A stretch of 49,391 nt of DNA from an uncultured bacterium (GTDB lineage: Bacteria > DYJV01). Positions 19,735 to 27,142 of the stretch are shown one piece after another. The notes under the pieces are model-generated. The model had not been told where the DNA came from. It searched no databases and saw only the letters and a program-made list of their open reading frames with translations. How positions within the stretch are numbered: position 1 is the first letter of the stretch; every line of letters starts with the position of its first letter. The translations under genes and the position numbers were made by a program. The stretch covers positions 1 to 49,391 of the forward strand of contig CAZIZE010000042.1 in NCBI GenBank assembly GCA_964543655.1. The letters run 5' to 3'.

Positions 19735-21552
19735 TTAGAAAATCTGCTCTTTGGTTTTTTCTAACTCCTCATAGTAAATCTTGATATATTTACTGTGAGC
19801 CTTCATAACATCTCTTCTTGTAATAATACCAAGCATTTTCCTGCTATTTTCTTTATCAACCACCGGAATCATCTCAACCTCGGTCATTCCAAAAGCTTCA
19901 GCAGCATCAAGAAGAGATTTATCAGGTGTAAGTGTAATTAGCTGTTCATCAACAAGCTCTTTTGCAACAACAATATTTTCAAGTCCTTCCTCAAAAACAA
20001 TATCTCTAATATTGTCAAATGATATAACTCCAATCAAATTTCCATCTCTATCTAAAACTGGAAAATTTGTATATTTCGAAGCTTTGATAAAATCTAATAT
20101 CTCTTTAAAAGACATATTTTCAGGAATAGTTTCAACATCTTTAATCATAATCTCAGAAATTTTTACTTCCTCCAGAATTGAAAGTTGAAACTCTTTTCTA
20201 TGTGCAGGAGAGTCAAGCCTTGAGTACACCTGCTTTTCATAAATTGTAACATTTCTATTTAAAACAAATGTAAGAGCACAAACAAACATTGTGGGAACTA
20301 ACAGGTCATAGTTACCTGTAAGCTCTGATACCATAATTAACGTAGAAATAGGTGTATGAGCAATTCCAGCAAAAAAACCAGCCATTCCAACAATTGTAAA
20401 ATTACCAGTCTGATGAATATATGCAGGAAAAAGAGTTTTGAACAATTTTCCTGCAAATGTCCCCACAGCAGCACCAGCAAAAATAGCAGGTCCAAAAACT
20501 CCACCAGAACCACCACTACCTATACTAAATGATGTTGCCAAAATTTTAAAAACAGCAAAAAGAAATAGCGTTAAAAGTGAAAATTTTTCCACAGATGTAA
20601 ACATTAATTGAACCTGTCCATAGTCAGTTGAAACCATTTGTGGTATAGCAAAACAAATAATACCTGCAACAAGTCCACCTATAGCTGGTTTAAAATAATC
20701 TGAAATTGGCAATTTTTTAAAAAAATCTCTTGTGGTATAAAAAGATTTCACATAAAACCAACCAAAAGCACTGCTTATAAGTCCAAGAGCTGCATAAAAA
20801 AGGAGATCTACTGGATTGGTAAAGGTAAGTTTAGATGTAAAAAAAAGTGGTTTAAAACCAAAAAAAATTGAAAATATTGAATAAGACACAATTGCACTAA
20901 TTATTCCAGGAACAAGTGCCTCATATTCCATATCTGAGGTTCTGTACAAAACTTCTATACCAAATATAGCTCCTGCAAGTGGTGATTTAAAAATAGCACC
21001 TATACCTGCTCCCATTCCACAACAAGCTGCAATTCTAATTTCTCTATCTGATAATTTTAATGACTTGGCAAGAATAGCACTCATTGCAGCACCAATCTGG
21101 GCAATTGGTCCCTCTCTACCACCAGAACCACCTGTACCAATTGTAATACCACTTGCAATAGATTTTATAATAGGCACCTGCCATTTAAACCTACCATTTT
21201 TAGTGTGAATTGTTTCAATAACAGAGTCAGTTCCATGTCCTTCAGCTTCCGGTGCATACCTAAAAACCAAAAATCCACTTACAAGTCCACCTATAGCAGG
21301 GACAATAAGAAGCCTCCACCTTGATAAATGTGTGGTAACATGCTCTTTGAAAATACTCTTTTCACCATAAACTCCAGGAAAATGGTAGCCACAAAATTTA
21401 ACTAAAACATAGTGAGAAAAAAATTGAATAAGAAAGTATAGGGTAATTGCACCAAGTCCTGAAATGATACCTACAAAAAGTGAAAAAATTATTATCCTTC
21501 CAACCTGGGTAAGTTTGAAACCTTTTAGAAAATTTTTAAATATCATTTTCAT
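19735..21552 (-). CDS. CLC-family chloride channel/H+ antiporter with two CBS domains
   Basis: EAEGHGTD, GSGGREGP, FKSPLAGAIFGIE, GGSGGVFGP, TIYEKQ, C-terminal CBS pair. Confidence 0.93.
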   Translation of the reverse strand: MKMIFKNFLKGFKLTQVGRIIIFSLFVGIISGLGAITLYFLIQFFSHYVLVKFCGYHFPGVYGEKSIFKEHVTTHLSRWRLLIVPAIGGLVSGFLVFRYAPEAEGHGTDSVIETIHTKNGRFKWQVPIIKSIASGITIGTGGSGGREGPIAQIGAAMSAILAKSLKLSDREIRIAACCGMGAGIGAIFKSPLAGAIFGIEVLYRTSDMEYEALVPGIISAIVSYSIFSIFFGFKPLFFTSKLTFTNPVDLLFYAALGLISSAFGWFYVKSFYTTRDFFKKLPISDYFKPAIGGLVAGIICFAIPQMVSTDYGQVQLMFTSVEKFSLLTLFLFAVFKILATSFSIGSGGSGGVFGPAIFAGAAVGTFAGKLFKTLFPAYIHQTGNFTIVGMAGFFAGIAHTPISTLIMVSELTGNYDLLVPTMFVCALTFVLNRNVTIYEKQVYSRLDSPAHRKEFQLSILEEVKISEIMIKDVETIPENMSFKEILDFIKASKYTNFPVLDRDGNLIGVISFDNIRDIVFEEGLENIVVAKELVDEQLITLTPDKSLLDAAEAFGMTEVEMIPVVDKENSRKMLGIITRRDVMKAHSKYIKIYYEELEKTKEQIF

Positions 21553-21692
21553 AGCTGAACTTAATAGAAAAAATAACTGAAAATGTCAAATGAATTTAAT
21601 AAATTTTTAAATTAATTTTTATTGATTTATAAAGATTTTTATAGTAAAAATTTCAACCATTGTTTTGATAAAAATAAAAAATAGAGGTGAAT

Positions 21693-22472
21693 ATGTATCT
21701 AATAGATTCTCATTGCCATTTAAATATGGAATTTTACAAAAATGACTATCAAGAGGTTGCTAAAAGAGCGTTTGAAAATGGAGTAAAAAAATTAATTATG
21801 ATTGGTACCAATTTTCAAGACAGCCAGAGAGGCATTCAAATTGCCAATGAAATCTCTTATGCTTACACATCAATAGGATGGCATCCACATGATGTTAAAG
21901 AGATTGGTAATCTGAAAAATCTCATGAAAATAATGAAACTTGCTGAAGAGAAAAAGGTTATTGCTTATGGTGAAATAGGGCTTGATTATTTCAAAAAATA
22001 TTCTCCAATAGATATTCAGCAAAAATTTTTCAGGTATCAAATTGGAATAGCAAAGGAATTGAACCTTCCAATAATTATCCATGACAGAGATGCAAACAGA
22101 GATGTGGTTAAAATTTTAAAAGAGGAAAAAGCATATAAAGTTGGAGGAGTAATACATTGTTTCTCAGGAGAGCTTGAATATGCAAAAAAAGTCATTGATA
22201 TGAACTTTTATATATCTTTTCCAGGCACAATAACTTTTAAAAAAAATATTGAAAAAGCTAAAAAATTAATTAAAAATATCCCTTTAAATAAAATTTTAAT
22301 TGAAACTGATTCTCCTTTTCTCACACCAGAGCCATTTAGAGGTAAAAGAAACGAACCTGCCTATGTTAAGTATGTTGCTGAAAAAATAGCAGAATTTAAA
22401 AATATATCTTTTAATGAAGTTGCCAAAACAACAACTGAAAATTGCCTGAAATTATTTAAAATAAATAATTAG
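21693..22472 (+). CDS. tatD: TatD family DNase
   Basis: IDSHCHL, GWHPH, GEIGLDY, IIHDR, GVIHCFSG, IETDSPFL; ATG at 21693 follows GAGGTG SD. Confidence 0.93.
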   Translation: MYLIDSHCHLNMEFYKNDYQEVAKRAFENGVKKLIMIGTNFQDSQRGIQIANEISYAYTSIGWHPHDVKEIGNLKNLMKIMKLAEEKKVIAYGEIGLDYFKKYSPIDIQQKFFRYQIGIAKELNLPIIIHDRDANRDVVKILKEEKAYKVGGVIHCFSGELEYAKKVIDMNFYISFPGTITFKKNIEKAKKLIKNIPLNKILIETDSPFLTPEPFRGKRNEPAYVKYVAEKIAEFKNISFNEVAKTTTENCLKLFKINN

Positions 22473-22520
22473 AAATATCTTTAGAGAAAAAATGTACTTA
22501 AAATTGTCCCATAACATCCA

Positions 22521-22755
22521 ATACAAAACCAGCTTTGAAGCAAGAGATTTTCCGGGCTAAAGCACTTACTCAGTTTACAGTTATCAGTTCAAAGTTAAAT
22601 TAGGATTTGGGATTTGGGATTTAGGATTTAGGATTTGGGGATTAGGGATTAGGGATTAGGGTTTAGGGATTAGGGATTAGGATTTTGTAAGGGTAATTCA
22701 TAAATCGCCCCTACGGGATATTTGAAATAGTTGTTATACAGTTTTTCACTTAAAG
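22521..22755 (+). repeat. Composite miniature repeat element, copy B, with telomere-like heptamer array
   Basis: Conserved end 22521-22560; cagttat-type units 22571-22599; about 12 GGATTT(A/G)/GGGATTA units 22599-22686; REP-like palindrome 22687-22714; tail homologous to 6865-6904. Confidence 0.9.
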
Positions 22756-22823
22756 TGACACCTATAACGATTTTTACTACCTGTCATTAAGGTATCTTTC
22801 AATGTTGAACCGTGAACTTATAT

Positions 22824-22850
22824 AAGAGAGCATCACAAAGATGCCCTCTT
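22824..22850 (-). terminator. Probable terminator of the fum-hdr-frd cluster
   Basis: Minus strand AAGAGGGCATC-TTTGT-GATGCTCTCTT directly after the stop at 22852. Confidence 0.6.
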
Positions 22851-22851
22851 T

Positions 22852-24513
22852 TTACCATACAATATGAGTTATTTTAGCTTTTTTAATTTCAGGTCTTGTG
22901 TAATCTGGAAGGAGCATAGGTGATTGTCTATCTGTTTCAATTCCTGCTTCTTTTAATTCTTTCTCATATTTCCTAATATGCTCAAGGGAGAGTTTGCCTA
23001 TTTTAATCTCTTTTCCCTTAACATATTGGCCTGCATTTCTTCCTGCCCTTCTTCCAAATACTGTAATATCAAGCAATGAATTTCCCATTAACCTATTTTC
23101 ACCATGCACACCACCACTTGCCTCTCCAGCAACATAAAGCCCGGGAATATTTGTCTCTGCAGAATCATTAATTTTCAAACCACCATTTTGATAATGAAGT
23201 GTTGGAAAAACAAGCATGGGCTCTTTACTAATATCAATATTGTATCGTTTAAACTGAATATACTTTGCTGGCAATTCTTTTTCAACTGTTCCTGGCCCTT
23301 CAAGCATATCAATCATAGGTGAGTCAAGCCAAACTCCTACTCTTCCAGTTGGTGTAACTATGCCAAGACCCCTCTCTATACATTCTCTGATAATACATGA
23401 AGATTCAACATCTCTTGGCTCTCTTTCAAATACAAACTGCTCACCTTTTATATTCAAAAGATTTGCACCAAGCCCTCTTACCTTTTCAGTAATAAGAAGT
23501 CCTATATTCTGCTCAGGAAAAGCAGCTCCAGTAGGGTGATACTGAGTAGAATGCATAAAAGCAAATGGAACACCTGCTCTATAACCTATTACAAGTCCAT
23601 CTGCAGTGGCACCATAATGGTTGGTTGTGGCAAAACCCTGAATATGCAACCTGCCATAACCACCAGTTGCAATAATAACTGCTTTAGCTTTAACCACAAA
23701 AAACTCCTCTGTCTCCATATTGTACAGAACAGCACCTGCTGCTTGACCATTTTCATCAAGCACAATTTCAACAGCAGGTGAAAATTCAAGCACCTCAATA
23801 TCATCACATCTATTCCTAACTTCATCTCTTAAAACCCTCATTATTTCAGAACCTGTCATATCACCAGCTGAATGCATTCTTTTCCTGCATGTGCCACCAC
23901 CATGCCTTGTTTTTAAATTGCCATTCTCATCTTTGTCAAACATCATTCCAAGGTCTTCAAGCCACCTAATAACAAGTGGCGCATCATTGGTAAGTGCAGC
24001 AACAAGGTCAGGGTTGTTGGTAAAATGTCCACCACCCATAACATCAAGGTAATGATAATAAGGTGAATCTGGCTTCCTTGTAGCACCCTGAATTCCTCCC
24101 TCAGCCATTACTGTATTTGCATCTCCATGACGAAGCTTTGTGGCAATGATAACTTTGCACCCCTGCTCCTGAGCAAGTAAAGCTGCAGAACTACCAGCAC
24201 CTCCACCGCCTATTACGAGCACATCTGTTTCATACTTTACAAGGCTTTCAATATCAATATCCGGGTTAATTCTGCTGTGAGCTTCCAGAACATCAGCAAA
24301 TTCATCTGGGTAAACCTCACCTTTACTTGGTCCCACTTTTACAGCCCGTCTTCCTTCAGATTTATAGTCAGGATGAAATTTGCTTAAAACTTCTTCCCTC
24401 TGTTCAAGTGTCAAAGGAGGAAACATCTCTCCATTTCTTGCTTTATCAACTCTTGCAGGTCTTGTAGCTTCAACCTTTTTTATTAGTTCTTTCATTTCAG
24501 GTGTGTATCCCAT
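22852..24513 (-). CDS. Fumarate reductase/succinate dehydrogenase-type flavoprotein (TfrA-like, probably non-covalent FAD)
   Basis: VIGGGGAG, NTVMAEGG, IATGGYG, QYHPTG, TEKVRG, PRDVES, PTLHYQNGG, HGENRLMGNSL; about 90 aa N-terminal extension. Confidence 0.88.
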   Translation of the reverse strand: MGYTPEMKELIKKVEATRPARVDKARNGEMFPPLTLEQREEVLSKFHPDYKSEGRRAVKVGPSKGEVYPDEFADVLEAHSRINPDIDIESLVKYETDVLVIGGGGAGSSAALLAQEQGCKVIIATKLRHGDANTVMAEGGIQGATRKPDSPYYHYLDVMGGGHFTNNPDLVAALTNDAPLVIRWLEDLGMMFDKDENGNLKTRHGGGTCRKRMHSAGDMTGSEIMRVLRDEVRNRCDDIEVLEFSPAVEIVLDENGQAAGAVLYNMETEEFFVVKAKAVIIATGGYGRLHIQGFATTNHYGATADGLVIGYRAGVPFAFMHSTQYHPTGAAFPEQNIGLLITEKVRGLGANLLNIKGEQFVFEREPRDVESSCIIRECIERGLGIVTPTGRVGVWLDSPMIDMLEGPGTVEKELPAKYIQFKRYNIDISKEPMLVFPTLHYQNGGLKINDSAETNIPGLYVAGEASGGVHGENRLMGNSLLDITVFGRRAGRNAGQYVKGKEIKIGKLSLEHIRKYEKELKEAGIETDRQSPMLLPDYTRPEIKKAKITHIVW

Positions 24514-24548
24514 TTTTTGCTCCTTTATTTAAATTTTACAATTTTATA

Positions 24549-25331
24549 TTATAGATACTCTGTTTCTTGTGGCATCCATGTGCCATCATGAGTTGCTGGT
24601 TCCATCTCTCTTTCAACATATCTCTTTTTCAATTCTTCAAGTGGTAACTTCTTAAGCTCATTTAACATTTTCTCATATTTACCCTCTTCTATCTGCTTTG
24701 TCCTTTCAGGTAAATATGGATCTTTTGGAACTAAATATTTACCATACAATCTTCTACAAAGTTGAGCAACGTGATAATGCTGAATCTGAGCAGGACATCT
24801 TGAAGAACATAATCCACATTGAATACAATCAAATGAAAGCTTTGCAACTTTGGCTATATCGCCTCTCATTGCTGCATTTATGTAACCCATTACATCAATA
24901 TCCATTGGGCATGCTTTTGAACATGTATTACACCCTACACATTTTAACACTTCAGGATAAAGAGCCATAATTGTATCAGCAGTAGCAGAGGTATTGTTAA
25001 TGTCATATCTGGCTCTATTAGCAGGATAAAAAGGAATCTGAGCAATGTACATATTTTCCTGAACAACTGTCTGACATGCAAGCCCAAAATTTAATCTATA
25101 GTCTCCATAAATTCTATATACAGTACCACATGCACCGCAGATACCACCACGGCAACCACAAGCTCTAATAAATTTATATCCTGCATATTCTATAGCTTTT
25201 TGAATGGTAATTGTCTCTGGAACCATATACTTCTTGCCCATAATATATACTGGAATCTCTTTTGCACCTTCTGGAAGCACAGGTCTGTCACCAGTAGCAA
25301 TGTTAATTTGCTGTTTTTTTACCTCGCTCAT
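24549..25331 (-). CDS. Fumarate reductase-type iron-sulfur subunit ([2Fe-2S] + 2x[4Fe-4S])
   Basis: CRGGICGAC...LACQ, CVGCNTCSKACP, CIQCGLCSSRCP; start at 25331 after GGAGG SD. Confidence 0.85.
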   Translation of the reverse strand: MSEVKKQQINIATGDRPVLPEGAKEIPVYIMGKKYMVPETITIQKAIEYAGYKFIRACGCRGGICGACGTVYRIYGDYRLNFGLACQTVVQENMYIAQIPFYPANRARYDINNTSATADTIMALYPEVLKCVGCNTCSKACPMDIDVMGYINAAMRGDIAKVAKLSFDCIQCGLCSSRCPAQIQHYHVAQLCRRLYGKYLVPKDPYLPERTKQIEEGKYEKMLNELKKLPLEELKKRYVEREMEPATHDGTWMPQETEYL

Positions 25332-25396
25332 TTTATCCTCCATAAATTTTTAATTAATAATGTTAAGCAAATTAAATCTTTCGTAAAATCATTATA

Positions 25397-26518
25397 TTAT
25401 TCATTTGTGCCTGCTTCTGCAACAAGCTCATTCTCCCTGAATGTTGTCACTGGAGCTGGCTCATCAAAGCTCTCACCAGCCTTATATTCAAGCATTTTTT
25501 GAACATTGTCAGCCACACTAATAAAAACAGTTGAAACATCTATATTATTTGGGCACGCACTTGAGCATAACCCGCATGCTATACAGGAGCTTGACATATG
25601 GTTTAATCTTGTAAGATGAAACATTAATGTATTTTCAAGCATCCTAAGTGCACCTTTTCTCTCTGCCCATCCAGTAATCATATCAGCTGAATGGTCAAAA
25701 GTAGGGCTCCTAAATACACATTCTTTACAATAGCAAATCGGGCATGCAACCATACAGTTGTGACATCTAATACATTTTGAAAATATTTTTTGTAAAGACT
25801 CAAGAGATGAGGTTTCTTTTCTAAAACTTTCTAAAATATCCTTTTTTTGCCTGGATTTTTCATCTTTAATTTTATTTATAATACCTTCCCTTTTAGAGAG
25901 GTCAATATTTTGATTTTCTATACTATCCTTTAGCTTTGAATCATCTTTTGCAATAATCATAACTTCATTATTCTCTGAGCCAAAATATCCTAAAACAGCA
26001 TCAACTAAATTAAGCGATGTAGCTGGGACATCACACATTGTGCATGTTTTTCTAAAAGAATACCCTTCAACTGATTTAGTATCACCACTGTTATACTTAG
26101 AAATAAAATTGTTAATATAATCTTCATTGTTTAATAAAATTTCTTGAAAATCATTAACCTCATAAGTGCCAATACAATCTACTGCCATAAGAAAACAATC
26201 ATCAAGGTTAACCTGTTTAAATTTTGTTAATTCAACTATTGCCTTTATTTCACATGGCTTTGCAATTATTAACAATTTTTTACCAGATTTGGTAAAAGTA
26301 AGATTTTTTGCAATTCTACCAGTCTGAACTAAGATTACAGGCACAAAGGGATTGGTTCCATCAAGCATTTCAGCTGAGCTAACAAGGGTCTGTATATAAT
26401 TATCTTTTGCACTATTCAACTTTGGTATAAGAATTTCGTCAACTATCCCTTCTTCAAGTAGCTTTTTCAGATACTCTTTTACACCTTCAATCCCCTTCAC
26501 TTTATTTGTAACAGGCAT
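25397..26518 (-). CDS. FdhB/FrhB-like (FlxC-like) iron-sulfur protein
   Basis: KPCEIKAIVEL..KQV, DCIGT, CTMC, CIRCHNCMVACPICYCKEC, FHLTRLNH, CIACGLCSSACP. Confidence 0.8.
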   Translation of the reverse strand: MPVTNKVKGIEGVKEYLKKLLEEGIVDEILIPKLNSAKDNYIQTLVSSAEMLDGTNPFVPVILVQTGRIAKNLTFTKSGKKLLIIAKPCEIKAIVELTKFKQVNLDDCFLMAVDCIGTYEVNDFQEILLNNEDYINNFISKYNSGDTKSVEGYSFRKTCTMCDVPATSLNLVDAVLGYFGSENNEVMIIAKDDSKLKDSIENQNIDLSKREGIINKIKDEKSRQKKDILESFRKETSSLESLQKIFSKCIRCHNCMVACPICYCKECVFRSPTFDHSADMITGWAERKGALRMLENTLMFHLTRLNHMSSSCIACGLCSSACPNNIDVSTVFISVADNVQKMLEYKAGESFDEPAPVTTFRENELVAEAGTNE

Positions 26519-26551
26519 CTATTCCTCCTCTTCTTTGAAAATTAACTGATT

Positions 26552-26980
26552 TTAAGCGTCCCATGCAAGCTTTAATTTTGCTGGACCCTTATTTTTTATA
26601 TGGTTTGTAAATTCAGTAACTGTATCTGCAAACATTTTACCTTCACTTGCACTTATCCATCTCAGCCAAACTCTGTCTTCTTCAAGACCAAACTGTCTTA
26701 AAATATTTTTTAATATGGCAATTCTTCTTCTTGCTTTGAAATTACCTGATTGGTAGTGACAATCTCCTGGATGGCAACCACCAATTAATACACCATCAGC
26801 ACCTTCAAGTAATGATTTAAGAACATAAACTACATCTATACCACCAGAGCACATTAGATGAACAACTCTAATATTTGGTGGATATTGTTGCCTTGTTGTA
26901 CCTGCAAGGTCAGCACCTGTGTATGTACACCAGTGACACAGAAAAGCAATTATTCTTGGTTCAAATTTTTCATCAGCCAT
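26552..26980 (-). CDS. mvhD: MvhD/FlxD-type [2Fe-2S] adaptor subunit
   Basis: FEPRIIAFLCHWCTYTGADLAG, MCSG, GADGVLIGGCHPGDCHY, WISASEG. Confidence 0.92.
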   Translation of the reverse strand: MADEKFEPRIIAFLCHWCTYTGADLAGTTRQQYPPNIRVVHLMCSGGIDVVYVLKSLLEGADGVLIGGCHPGDCHYQSGNFKARRRIAILKNILRQFGLEEDRVWLRWISASEGKMFADTVTEFTNHIKNKGPAKLKLAWDA

Positions 26981-27142
26981 TTTTACACTCCATTTATCTA
27001 TTTCAAGTTATTTTTTTATTAATTTTCAGAATACTTTTATACAGCACCTTTTCTATTTAGTTAGTGCAATTTCTATATTAGAATTTTCTATCATTTTACC
27101 AATAAATTAGAGTAAAATTTTCTATAATTTCGCATTATTATT

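Noticed and set aside
22599-22686. Eukaryotic telomere contamination
   Set aside because: Embedded in an element that has a second bacterial-context copy at 6865-7070; units are heterogeneous
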